DNA of 48,509 nucleotides from an uncultured Candidatus Peribacteria bacterium (GCA_964449945.1 CAYVBX010000008.1:1-48509), one strand, 5' to 3'; shown: positions 10,386-19,982, counted from the first letter of the stretch. Translations and numbers: made by a program. The notes: generated by a model from the letters alone, not told the origin.

Positions 10386-11879
10386 TTAAACTCTTTTTTT
10401 TCTCTTTATTACACCACCTAGCCCAATAGAAAGCATTAAAAGACCAATTACACTTGGGCCAGTTTCAGCAATTCGAATTTTTCCAGTGACTAGTCCTTCA
10501 CTTTCATTTCCATCTATATCAAGAGTTGTGATTTTAAACCAATAATCCCCAGCATCAAGTCCTACAACATCATAGCTTGTTTCAGTTGGACCAATGCTAT
10601 CTTTTAATGAAAAGTTTTTATCACTATTTTTACTCATATAAATTTTTTGAGCTTCAATTAAGTCTTTTGTTTCAGAAAGAATATCCCAACTTAATTTTAC
10701 AACCATAGCATCATTTTCAAATACCGTTTTAGCCATAAATTTTGCCACAAGTACAGCAGGCGTACTTGGTTGATCAATTGGATCTTCAGGAGAAGGATCA
10801 ACTGGATCTGTAGGAGCATCTCCTTTTCCAATAATTGTAATTGTTGATTCAGAAACTCTACTTGAATTTCCAGATTCATCTAAAACATTTATAGCACTAA
10901 CAATATATTCAACACCTCTTTGTTTGCCAGTTCTAATAAGCGCACTTGCATTTTCAACTCCTGCATCACTAGTTCCAAGATCAACACCTAATACAGAAAG
11001 TTTTACATTTGCATCATTTTTTTCAACTATTACAAAATTTTCACTCGGATCAAGACTTAAAACTATAGCTTCATCAAACTGAACAACAATGTGTTCATCA
11101 TCTAAAGCTTCAGCAGAAAGAAGACGAGGCCCTGTTGTGTCAACAACAGCTCTTTCGGTGTCAGACCCAGAAAAAAGCGCAGTATCTGAAGTTCCACTAA
11201 TAATGTTGTTTCCAGCAAGATCTTTAACTCCAATATTTACAGTTAATTTATATTCATTTCCAAGAATTTGAGTTTCTGTTTCTAGTATTACTGAAGAATT
11301 TGTTTCATCTTCTTCAAACATCATTGCAGACAATACTTCAAGCAATTCAAAAGTATCTTGATTTTCAATTGAAAACTCTCTTTCAGGATTTTCTTCTGGC
11401 AAAGAAACACTTTCAGAAAAAACGATTTTAACTTGATCTTTACTAATTGCCTCAGCACTTATTACTTGAGGAGGAACATTGTCAGCATCTCCAGCCAATG
11501 GTCTAAGCATTAATTCTGTTGCCCATGCTTCACTTTCATTTCTTGCTTCATCATAAGCAATTACAGAAAAATAATAGTTTACATTATTTGTAAGACCTTC
11601 AAGCCTATATTCTAAAACATTTCCAACATCAAGATTGTTATCATAAGATTGTCCAGGTTCTGTAACAGAGCTTTCTCCCCAGTAAATTTCATATCCTACA
11701 ACACCAACATCATCAGTTGCAGGATCCCAACTTAGATTTACTAGTCCATCTCCAGCAACTCCTTTCAAGTTTTCAACATCGCTTGGGCTTGTACTATCTG
11801 CAAAAGCAACAAGACTTGTCATTGAAAACATCACGAAAACGCTAGTAAAAGCAATAAATTTCTTAATCATAGATTTCAT
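10386..11879 (-). CDS. Cell-surface protein: signal peptide, FN3 and Ig-like repeats, LPXTG-like sorting signal
   Basis: 497 aa with signal peptide FIAFTSVFVMFSMTSLVAFA. FN3-like modules are visible (LSWDP...YEIYW...YYFSVIAYDEARNES and LSWD...YWFKITTLDIDGNES). Two SbsA/Big-like repeats are present (PPQVISAEAISKDQVKIVFSE and GPRLLSAEALDDEHIVVQFDE). The C-terminus IAETG + hydrophobic stretch + KRKKRV is a sorting-signal pattern. Confidence 0.8.
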   Translation of the reverse strand: MKSMIKKFIAFTSVFVMFSMTSLVAFADSTSPSDVENLKGVAGDGLVNLSWDPATDDVGVVGYEIYWGESSVTEPGQSYDNNLDVGNVLEYRLEGLTNNVNYYFSVIAYDEARNESEAWATELMLRPLAGDADNVPPQVISAEAISKDQVKIVFSESVSLPEENPEREFSIENQDTFELLEVLSAMMFEEDETNSSVILETETQILGNEYKLTVNIGVKDLAGNNIISGTSDTALFSGSDTERAVVDTTGPRLLSAEALDDEHIVVQFDEAIVLSLDPSENFVIVEKNDANVKLSVLGVDLGTSDAGVENASALIRTGKQRGVEYIVSAINVLDESGNSSRVSESTITIIGKGDAPTDPVDPSPEDPIDQPSTPAVLVAKFMAKTVFENDAMVVKLSWDILSETKDLIEAQKIYMSKNSDKNFSLKDSIGPTETSYDVVGLDAGDYWFKITTLDIDGNESEGLVTGKIRIAETGPSVIGLLMLSIGLGGVIKRKKRV

Positions 11880-12118
11880 ATTTTTGTTTTTATTTTATAA
11901 ATCTATAAATTATAGCAAATTATAGCCAAAAAATCAAACATAATCTTTTTAAACTAAGAATAAAAAACGCAAAAAAGATTATTTTTAATTATTATAAAGA
12001 GTATAAATAATCTAAAAATTACTAATAATAAGTGTTCAAAATCGAAGAATTATCAAATTTTTTGATTGCCAAAACTAATCTTAGAAAAGAAAAACAACAA
12101 TAAATTTTTTAAGATTTT

Positions 12119-12424
12119 CTAGATTTTACCTCTAATATAAGCGATATTTTCAATTAGCTGTTCCCGTGAATTTTTTGCCTCCTCTTGAGCAATTGCCTCA
12201 ATATCAATATTTTTTTCTTTATAAAACTTGTCTAATTCCTCATCTGAATTAAGTTTCTCCCATTCAGAAACTTCTTCATCACTCATAATAGAACGAAGTC
12301 TCAAAAGAATTCGATTTTCAAGATTTGAAAAGATTTTTTCAAATAATTTTTCTTTTTCTTCAGGACTAATTTCATCAAGTCCAATATCTGAAAAAAATTT
12401 TTTTAATATGATTTCTTTATGCAT
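12119..12424 (-). CDS. Small acidic helical protein, tandem paralog 2
   Basis: 101 aa that clearly aligns with the adjacent 102-aa ORF (IGLDEISPEEKEKLFEKI vs IGLSDLPLEEKEKRFQEM; IENIAYI vs IADMAYI). Starts 3 nt after the upstream stop. Confidence 0.65.
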   Translation of the reverse strand: MHKEIILKKFFSDIGLDEISPEEKEKLFEKIFSNLENRILLRLRSIMSDEEVSEWEKLNSDEELDKFYKEKNIDIEAIAQEEAKNSREQLIENIAYIRGKI

Positions 12425-12427
12425 TTT

Positions 12428-12736
12428 TTATTTGTTAAGTTTTGACTCTATATAAGCCATATCAGCTATTATGCTTTCACGATATTCTTGAGCAACTTCA
12501 TTTACAATTGAAGGAAGATCAATACTTCTTTTCTGAAAAAAATCAAGAAATTCTTCTTCAGGAATCTTATCAAATATTTCCCGATCTTCTTCTGAAAGTA
12601 TTTCCCATATTCTCAAAAAAACACCTTGCTCAATAATATCTTGCATTTCTTGAAATCGTTTTTCCTTTTCTTCTAAAGGCAAATCTGAAAGACCAATTTT
12701 GTCAAATAAGTCTTCATAATTAAAATCTAATTTCAT
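12428..12736 (-). CDS. Small acidic helical protein, tandem paralog 1
   Basis: 102 aa, paralogous to 12119-12424. Lies 16 nt downstream of the 1352-aa ORF. Confidence 0.65.
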   Translation of the reverse strand: MKLDFNYEDLFDKIGLSDLPLEEKEKRFQEMQDIIEQGVFLRIWEILSEEDREIFDKIPEEEFLDFFQKRSIDLPSIVNEVAQEYRESIIADMAYIESKLNK

Positions 12737-12752
12737 ATTTTTTTGTTGTTAT

Positions 12753-15700
12753 TTATTTCATATTAGCGTCTGGCCATGGACTGTGCAATCTCGTTAAAAC
12801 ATGGTCAGCTGTATAAGTATCAGAATAAAGTCTACTTGTATTTAGAGAATCGGCAATCATTTGAGCAGTGTTTCTCGAAATATTTATTTCTTGCCCAGTT
12901 CTTACTAAGTCTAAATTTCCATTTAATATAGGGTTTTCATTAAGTAATGCTTGTTTTATTGCAGGATTTGAATCAATTACTCTTGTTCCGTGTGTCATAT
13001 CAAGTTTATTTGCAATTGACTGCCAAATCCCAGGAGTTTCATCAATCTGAAGAGTAGGATCTACTAAAAGGTCTGCATTTCCTACATAAGGGCTGGAAAC
13101 TTTATCAGGAATTATTAGCTTTGCTTCATCAGAAGGAAAAGGCACAGGCAAAGGTTCAGGAGATGGAGCTGGTACAGGATCTGGACTTATCCCCCCACCC
13201 TCAACAGGAACAGGTGGCGCTTCTGAAAATAGCCAATCTTTTAAAGCAAAAATGCCAGGTAATCCAACACCCATAAATGTGCCAAGAGCAACTCCCGTTA
13301 GATGTTTTTTAGTATTACTTTTTCTAATTGCGACTTCTCTTTTTTCTATTGCGTCCATAAGTTTAGCTTCTTCACTGTAAACTTCATTTAATACTTCCAT
13401 CATACTTGTGCCAGTAGCAAAACGATTATCAATTAAATTTCTCATTCTTTGATTTTGGTTTGCAAACAACTCCCTTGAGCTAGCTTGCCTATAATAATTT
13501 GTATCACTAGGTTTAGCTGTTGTTTCTTTATAAGCTTCCCCAAACATTGCGTTTAGATTTGGATTTTCTGCTTGATCAAAGCTTTTATCACTAACTGGAC
13601 GAACAAGAACATCCATTGGCATATTTGCTGGTGAAACTCCTGTTCTAATGTCGAAAGGTTGACCTTTCTCGGATAAAGCAAGTGTCGTTTGAGCCGCCAT
13701 AGCTTCTCTAATTTGATCAGGAGTCATTGCGGAAATTTTTGTTCTATCAAGTCTTTTTGTTTTTCCAAAACGATTTCTAATACCTTCCCATCCAGCAGTC
13801 CATCCCATATATGTTGAAACACCTCTAAGAACAGCACCCGCAGTGGCAAATGTGCCAATTGCTAAGGCAGGAGCACCCAGCATCGCACCAGTTAGTGCAA
13901 CTCCCATACAAGTCGAAGCGCCAATAAGTCTGAGTCCCTTTTTATTCCTCCAGCCATTTCTAAATTTATTAAAACCTCTGCGAATAAAGCCTTCTTGTGT
14001 TGTTTGAGCCCTTAATTCTTCATCAAAAAGATCTCTTCTTTCACTGTTTAATAATTCTAAAATCCTATTTCTCCTATCAACTTGTCTTTGTCTTATTTTT
14101 TCTGGACTTCCATTAAAATCGCTTTCTGGAAATTCATTTTGAATTTGATTATAGCTGTAATCTCTCATGGCAACTAGATAATCATCTTTACTATCATTTA
14201 ATTCATCTTGCTTTGGCCTACTAAACCACATCCATTTTTGAAGATTTCTTCTGTTTTTAGCATACTTTTTTCGAGCATTTTCCATAGGCCGTCTTTCGGC
14301 TTCGGCAGGATTTATCATAATTGGCTGGCCATTAGGACCCATCTTTGGTCTACCAGTCGAAGGATCTATTTCGGGTACTAAAGTATTTTCTTCAACTCTT
14401 GGCACAAATACAGTATTCAAAGCAGTTAAAGCTTTATAAGACTTTGCCAAATTTTCCTCCATATCGCTTGCACCGGGGAAAGATCCCACGAAGAGGGGAG
14501 TAGCAGTTCCATTTGCGGTATTATATTTTTTTTCTAAAATATTATATAGCCTTCTCGCTCGATCTTCAGCAGGTCTAGCAGAAATATTCCTATAGTTTTC
14601 AGAAATATCCTTAATTAAGTCATTAAAAGATTGAATATTTGTGTTTATTTCAGTCAAAAGTTCAATATCAGAGTTTTGTTCAGGCGATCGATTACCCTCT
14701 GGGATATTTCTAAGTACATCATATCTTTCTCGAATATAATCATAAATATTATTATAGCCTGAAAGACAGTCATTAAAACTTACAATATTATTTTGAATGA
14801 ACGACCTAAGCAAAGGATTTGGCCTAAAACCAGCATTCATTACTTGAGTCAAATTTAATGTATATCCATGATTCTGGAGAGCTCTATGCATAGAAATATC
14901 CTGAAGCATAGAAATATCTGTAATGTTTCCATATTTTCCTGCTATTTCTTTGAATTTCAAATAAAGTACATGATTTGTATTTGGGTTATTTAATACAGTT
15001 TCGAGTTGAAGCCTATATTCATATTTATTTAAAGCTCCATAAGTAGGATCTACCCTCATCAGTTCTTCAACAATTTTTTCACAATTTGGCATAAACGGAA
15101 TAAGCATCGTATTGATTTCAGTATCAGAAAGTCTTTTTCTTGGATTTTCAGCAAAACGAATTTCAGTACGAAGAGCTCTTATTTTACTTGCAATATCCCT
15201 TACGATATCAGTTCGATCTCTTCTATTAAGTGGAAGATATAAAACTTGAGCAATTTCATCTAAAGTAAAGGCATCAGTCGTTAAAAGCCTTTGCAAAGCT
15301 CTTTCAGATGCATTGTCAACATCATCATTTGTAAAAGGAACATGAAGACCAAGTGCTTGATTCCTAATAGCTTCATAAGTCCGATCTCTAACAACTGTAT
15401 TAATTCGATTAATATGCGCATTATGAGAATCAATAATTGAAGGAGCTTGGTTTAAGAATTGTTCAATAACATTTCTTAAATCTGCTTCTTCAATTGGAAG
15501 TGTAGCTGGAGTAGCTATTGTACCTGCCGTCAGTTCTGAATAGAAAAATCTATAGGCATTTGTCATTCTTTCATTTTCATTATCTCCATAAAGGCCATTC
15601 TCCGTTATTTCAGAGATATAAGAACTAATTATTCTATTAAGTGCATCAGGATTTGCAGTAAAATCTTCTGTATTATTGTCAATTAATTCATTAATTCTGT

Positions 15701-16811
15701 TTCTAAGCCCATTTTGAATATCGACAGAAAGAGCTTCCTGCCAAGTTCTTAAATGATCAATTACATTTTGTCGAGTATTATCTTGTTGATATACATGATT
15801 TGCATCATAGGCAACTCTCAAATTAAACAATCTTGCAAGCCTTCGAGTCCTTTCTTGGCCAGCAGTTGTACCGGTTCCAATTGGCCCAAGTTTCGTTCTA
15901 ATTTGGTTTATCAAAGCACTTCTTTCGGGACTAACAAAAGAGGCCGTAATTGGACCATCAGTAATCAGCAAATCAACTAGCTCGCTATGATCAAATGATA
16001 TTAGCTCGCTTGTAAGATTATCCCTAAGTTGATCAACAAATAGCCTAGCTTGATTGATTTCTCTTTGCTCTATTGAATCTCTCCCCCCCCAAGCGTTATA
16101 TTGTTTTTCAGACTCTCTAATTATATTAGATATAAGTACTCCTCTAGCAGGGGTTAAATCAATAGCTAAGATACTATCAATGGTTCTTTCTATTTCGGCT
16201 GGTGAAAGATCAGTATAATTTGGGACAGAAGCAAATCCAACCACTTCAGCAAATGCAATAGCACGGTCTTGGTTTATCAAAATATCCGGAAAAACATAAT
16301 TATTATTATAAAAACCAACAAGAATATCTCGAATTTGAGTGGTATTAAGAGGTCTTCCACCATTTCGTTCATAAGCCTCTTGCAAATAAGTCGTAAAAAT
16401 TTTCCGCCTAAGATTACGCATTATTATATCTGGGTCAGTACCTGGTCGAGAATTAATTTCATTTTCAAGATCAGAAATTCTCTCTATCAATGCCCTTCTT
16501 GTAATAGTATTCACTTTTTGTCTCAGTTTCTTTCTATCATTATTAAGACGATCTATTTCAGCTTGATCAGTTGTGTCAACCGTTAAGTTGTTTATAGCAT
16601 TAATGATGCTGGGTAGTTGTTCAGAAAAATCAATAGAGGAAATAGCACTTGCAGTACTTGTCGTACGCAATATATTCAGTATGTTATTCCTAACGGCTGG
16701 ATTATTCAATTCATCAACTAATTTATCCTTTATCCGATTTTCCGCATCTTGACTTTCCGAATTATCATTAGAGAGTAATTGTTCTAAATCTTTATTTTCA
16801 ATATTTGCCAT
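12753..16811 (-). CDS. Giant (1352 aa) membrane protein with a Pro-rich linker and LysM-like C-terminal domain
   Basis: Uninterrupted 4 kb ORF with no signal peptide. A hydrophobic hairpin GASTCMGVALTGAMLGAPALAIGTFATAGAVL lies at about nt 13795-13945. A third TM helix LTGVALGTFMGVGLPGIFAL lies at about nt 13240-13310. The linker PPVPVEGGGISPDPVPAPSPEPLPVPFP follows. The C-terminal GIWQSIANKL...NPILNGNLDLVRTGQEINI resembles a LysM fold pattern. Confidence 0.8.
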   Translation of the reverse strand: MANIENKDLEQLLSNDNSESQDAENRIKDKLVDELNNPAVRNNILNILRTTSTASAISSIDFSEQLPSIINAINNLTVDTTDQAEIDRLNNDRKKLRQKVNTITRRALIERISDLENEINSRPGTDPDIIMRNLRRKIFTTYLQEAYERNGGRPLNTTQIRDILVGFYNNNYVFPDILINQDRAIAFAEVVGFASVPNYTDLSPAEIERTIDSILAIDLTPARGVLISNIIRESEKQYNAWGGRDSIEQREINQARLFVDQLRDNLTSELISFDHSELVDLLITDGPITASFVSPERSALINQIRTKLGPIGTGTTAGQERTRRLARLFNLRVAYDANHVYQQDNTRQNVIDHLRTWQEALSVDIQNGLRNRINELIDNNTEDFTANPDALNRIISSYISEITENGLYGDNENERMTNAYRFFYSELTAGTIATPATLPIEEADLRNVIEQFLNQAPSIIDSHNAHINRINTVVRDRTYEAIRNQALGLHVPFTNDDVDNASERALQRLLTTDAFTLDEIAQVLYLPLNRRDRTDIVRDIASKIRALRTEIRFAENPRKRLSDTEINTMLIPFMPNCEKIVEELMRVDPTYGALNKYEYRLQLETVLNNPNTNHVLYLKFKEIAGKYGNITDISMLQDISMHRALQNHGYTLNLTQVMNAGFRPNPLLRSFIQNNIVSFNDCLSGYNNIYDYIRERYDVLRNIPEGNRSPEQNSDIELLTEINTNIQSFNDLIKDISENYRNISARPAEDRARRLYNILEKKYNTANGTATPLFVGSFPGASDMEENLAKSYKALTALNTVFVPRVEENTLVPEIDPSTGRPKMGPNGQPIMINPAEAERRPMENARKKYAKNRRNLQKWMWFSRPKQDELNDSKDDYLVAMRDYSYNQIQNEFPESDFNGSPEKIRQRQVDRRNRILELLNSERRDLFDEELRAQTTQEGFIRRGFNKFRNGWRNKKGLRLIGASTCMGVALTGAMLGAPALAIGTFATAGAVLRGVSTYMGWTAGWEGIRNRFGKTKRLDRTKISAMTPDQIREAMAAQTTLALSEKGQPFDIRTGVSPANMPMDVLVRPVSDKSFDQAENPNLNAMFGEAYKETTAKPSDTNYYRQASSRELFANQNQRMRNLIDNRFATGTSMMEVLNEVYSEEAKLMDAIEKREVAIRKSNTKKHLTGVALGTFMGVGLPGIFALKDWLFSEAPPVPVEGGGISPDPVPAPSPEPLPVPFPSDEAKLIIPDKVSSPYVGNADLLVDPTLQIDETPGIWQSIANKLDMTHGTRVIDSNPAIKQALLNENPILNGNLDLVRTGQEINISRNTAQMIADSLNTSRLYSDTYTADHVLTRLHSPWPDANMK

Positions 16812-16816
16812 TTTAT

Positions 16817-17044
16817 TTATTTAATATGTTGTTTTTTTAAAAAATCTTTCAAAACAGGAAAAGATTTTGAAAATATTTCAATCAAGGAAGGAAATTCCCT
16901 ATTATTTTCTATGCCAGAAAAAATTTCCAATATAGCCAAAAGTTCTGGAAGTTTTAGCTTGCCATTTTCGTATTTATCGGCCAAGAAAAGCCTAAATTCT
17001 TTTTGAAACAAGTTAGCTTCTTTTGCTCTATGTACTTTCTTCAT
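16817..17044 (-). CDS. Hypothetical small protein (75 aa), first gene of the giant-protein operon
   Basis: The ORF ends 5 nt before the start of the 1352-aa ORF. No recognisable motif. Confidence 0.45.
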   Translation of the reverse strand: MKKVHRAKEANLFQKEFRLFLADKYENGKLKLPELLAILEIFSGIENNREFPSLIEIFSKSFPVLKDFLKKQHIK

Positions 17045-17226
17045 AAAAATTATAATTATTTTAATTACAAAATCTTTATATTATAACACAAATTATGAAA
17101 AAATCAAAAACTTAGCGTCCAAAATCTCTGAAAGTTATTCACTTCTTCCCTATTTTCTCTTTCCCTAATTAAGAAATTGTTTTATCATAGCCACGCAATA
17201 ATTTTTAGCTAAATAATAATTCAAAG

Positions 17227-19842
17227 ATGAAATTTCAAATCGATTCACAAATTTTTGAAAAGTTTCCAGATTTAAAAATTGGTTTAATAATTGTTAAATC
17301 ATTTTCAAATAATAGAAGAATTTCTGCAACTGAAAGCCTTCTTCGCGGTATTCAGGCTCAGAAACAAAAAGAATATTTCAAAATTGATTTAGATTCAATT
17401 CCAAAAATTTCTGTTTGGAATAACGCTTATGAAAATCAAAATTTAGACACAAAAGCTTTCCTTCCAAAAATTAAGGAATTATATAAAAATATTCAGCTTG
17501 GAAATGAAATACAACATGAAAATCCACTTTCAGATATTGCCAATTATTATTCAATAAAGCATTTATTACCCATTTCTTTTAAAGATTTAAATTGGCTTTG
17601 TGGAGACCTTCGCCTTACTTTCACGCAAGGGAATGAGCCATTTAGGGCAATCAATTCAATAGAGGTTCAGTCTGCTGAAGAAAAAGAAATTGCATATATC
17701 GATGAAGGGGGAATTGTTCAAAGATATTGGAATTATTTAGAGTGCGAAAGAACAAAGCTTACAAATACAACAGTGAATTCAGCTATTTTTGTTGAGGATT
17801 TAAGCAAAATGAGCACACAAGACTTTGCTGATATTTTAAGCGAAATTGCAAATAACATTCAGAAATATTTAGGTGGAGAAATTGTAGTTAATGTTTTAAA
17901 TATGGATTTAAAAGAGGCAGATCTTGGAGTTGAGGGCAGGAAAAATGTCGACGATTCAAAAATATCGGCACAAGAAAGAGCTTTTTACATGAACCGTATT
18001 TCAAGACAAAATTTAGAGAAAGCAAAAAAAACAATTACTTTTTCCTCAAATAAAACAAGCGAAATTCCCCTTATGCGATCAGTACAAGAAAAAAAACCAA
18101 TTCAAAACAATAAAATTTCTTTAAGTGATGAAAATACTGTAAAAGCAAAAATTGGAAAAATATTAGAAAAAGCATTGATGAAAACCTTTTACAACGCACC
18201 CGAACTTAACATAAAAATTGACTACCCAAAACAAAAAGATAACGGAGATTATTCAAGCAATATCGCAATGCAAATAGCTAAGGAAAAAGGCATAAACCCT
18301 TCAATTATTGCAAATAACATTATCGAAAACATAAGCACAGAGGATTTGATAGAAAGAGTGGAAGTAGTAGATCCGGGATTTATAAATTTTTATCTTTCAA
18401 AAGAATTTTTATTAAAAGAAATTGATGAAGTTTTAGAAAAAAAAGATAATTTTGGAAAATCATCTCTCGGACAAGGAAAAACAATTGTAATGGATTATTC
18501 TTCTCCAAATATTGCAAAACCATTTGGAATTCATCATATAATTACAACTATTTTAGGACAATCTTTATATAATATTTACAGAGAAATTGGTTTTAAAACA
18601 GTTTCTGTAAATCATATTGGAGATTATGGTACACAATTTGGAAAATTAATCGTTGCCTTTAAAAAATGGGGAGATAAAACTAAAATTGAAGAAAACCCAA
18701 TAGATGAACTAACAAAGCTTTATGTTAAATTTCATGAAGAAGCAGAAAAGGATGAGGCGCTTGATGATGAAGCAAGAGCTGAGTTTAAAAAATTTGAAGA
18801 AGGAGACGCAGAAAATAGAAAACTTTGGAAATGGTTTGTTGATGAAAGCTTGAAAGTTTTTCAAAAAACATATGAAAGACTTGGTTTTATGCATTTTGAT
18901 TATATTCAAGGTGAAAGTTTTTACGAAGATAAGCTTGATGATATTTTAAAAGAAGGAAAGCAAAGAGGTATTTTTGTTGAAGGAGAGGAAGGATCTTTTG
19001 TAGTAAATTTTGATGACGAAACACTACCACCTCTACTTGTTCAGAAAAAAGATAATTCAACACTTTATTCAACCAGAGATTTTTCTGCATTAAAATATCG
19101 TATCGACACATGGCATCCATTTAAGATTTTTTACATTATTGGAGCTGAGCAAACACTTCAGTTCAAACAATTATTCAAGGCATCCGAAAGATTTCCTTGG
19201 TATCATGGAGAGGGAATTCATATTCCATACGGAAGGATGAGCTTTAAAGATAAAAAATTCTCAACAAGAAAAGGAGATTTTATAAAACTTGATGAGGTTT
19301 TGGACGAAGCCTGTGAAAGGGCAAAACAAATTAGTGAAGAAAAAAGTAAAGACAAGTCAAACATTGAAAAACAGGCTAAAATTATTGGAATTGGAGCCGT
19401 AAAATACAATGTTTTAAGTCAAAATCGAATGACAAATATTGTTTTCGATTGGGATAAAATGCTTTCTTTAGAAGGAAATAGTGCTCCTTATTTGCAATAC
19501 ACTTACGCAAGGGCGAAAAGTATTATTAGAAAAAAAGATGAAGCAATTTTAAAGACATCAGAAAATATGGACACGAGCAAAAAAATAGAAGAAACAATTC
19601 GATTACTTCCATTATATAAAGAAAAACTAATTGATTCTTGTGAAGACTTTAGACCAAACATACTATCAAATTATCTTTATGAACTAGCATCAGCATATAA
19701 TTCTTTATATAATGTTGTTCCAATTCTTAGTAATTCAGATGAAAATGAACGACAGCTACTTATTAAAGTTTCTGAAGCTGTATCTCAGATAATAAAAAAC
19801 GGATTACATTTACTAGGAATAGAAGTACTTGAGGAAATGTAA
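17227..19842 (+). CDS. argS: Arginine--tRNA ligase fused to an N-terminal B3/4 (PheRS-beta-like) domain
   Basis: 871 aa. Residues 1 to about 230 match the stand-alone B3/4 domain pattern (FPDLKIGLIIV..., YYSIKHLLPISFKDL, IAYIDEGGIVQRYWNYLECERTKLT). From about residue 300 it is a canonical ArgRS: an N-terminal additional domain, the HIGH-type PFGIHHI, MSFK..STRKG, and a DALR anticodon-binding domain ending in ...LEEM. Confidence 0.9.
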   Translation: MKFQIDSQIFEKFPDLKIGLIIVKSFSNNRRISATESLLRGIQAQKQKEYFKIDLDSIPKISVWNNAYENQNLDTKAFLPKIKELYKNIQLGNEIQHENPLSDIANYYSIKHLLPISFKDLNWLCGDLRLTFTQGNEPFRAINSIEVQSAEEKEIAYIDEGGIVQRYWNYLECERTKLTNTTVNSAIFVEDLSKMSTQDFADILSEIANNIQKYLGGEIVVNVLNMDLKEADLGVEGRKNVDDSKISAQERAFYMNRISRQNLEKAKKTITFSSNKTSEIPLMRSVQEKKPIQNNKISLSDENTVKAKIGKILEKALMKTFYNAPELNIKIDYPKQKDNGDYSSNIAMQIAKEKGINPSIIANNIIENISTEDLIERVEVVDPGFINFYLSKEFLLKEIDEVLEKKDNFGKSSLGQGKTIVMDYSSPNIAKPFGIHHIITTILGQSLYNIYREIGFKTVSVNHIGDYGTQFGKLIVAFKKWGDKTKIEENPIDELTKLYVKFHEEAEKDEALDDEARAEFKKFEEGDAENRKLWKWFVDESLKVFQKTYERLGFMHFDYIQGESFYEDKLDDILKEGKQRGIFVEGEEGSFVVNFDDETLPPLLVQKKDNSTLYSTRDFSALKYRIDTWHPFKIFYIIGAEQTLQFKQLFKASERFPWYHGEGIHIPYGRMSFKDKKFSTRKGDFIKLDEVLDEACERAKQISEEKSKDKSNIEKQAKIIGIGAVKYNVLSQNRMTNIVFDWDKMLSLEGNSAPYLQYTYARAKSIIRKKDEAILKTSENMDTSKKIEETIRLLPLYKEKLIDSCEDFRPNILSNYLYELASAYNSLYNVVPILSNSDENERQLLIKVSEAVSQIIKNGLHLLGIEVLEEM

Positions 19843-19848
19843 ATACTA

Positions 19849-19877
19849 TTGAAATATTAAAAAAACTTCAATATATT
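19849..19877 (+). promoter_or_regulatory. Candidate sigma70-type promoter for tRNA-Ser (TTGAAA-17-TATATT)
   Basis: TTGAAA at 19849-19854 and TATATT at 19872-19877 with a 17-nt spacer, about 15 nt upstream of the tRNA 5-prime end. Confidence 0.4.
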
Positions 19878-19892
19878 ATGCAAGCACAATAA

Positions 19893-19982
19893 GGAGAGAT
19901 GGCTGAGTGGTCGAAAGCGGCGGTCTTGAAAACCGTTAGGCCCGTAAGGGTCTCTAGGGTTCGAATCCCTATCTCTCCGCCA
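19893..19982 (+). tRNA. tRNA-Ser (anticodon UGA), CCA encoded
   Basis: Acceptor stem GGAGAGA/TCTCTCC, anticodon loop CTTGAAA (anticodon TGA), long variable arm, T-loop GGTTCGAATCC, discriminator G, then CCA. Confidence 0.9.

Noticed and set aside
17045-17226. T-box or other riboswitch leader upstream of argS.
   Set aside because: The 182-nt region is almost pure A/T. It has no recognisable T-box sequence, specifier-loop context or terminator/antiterminator pair. It more likely contains divergent promoters.
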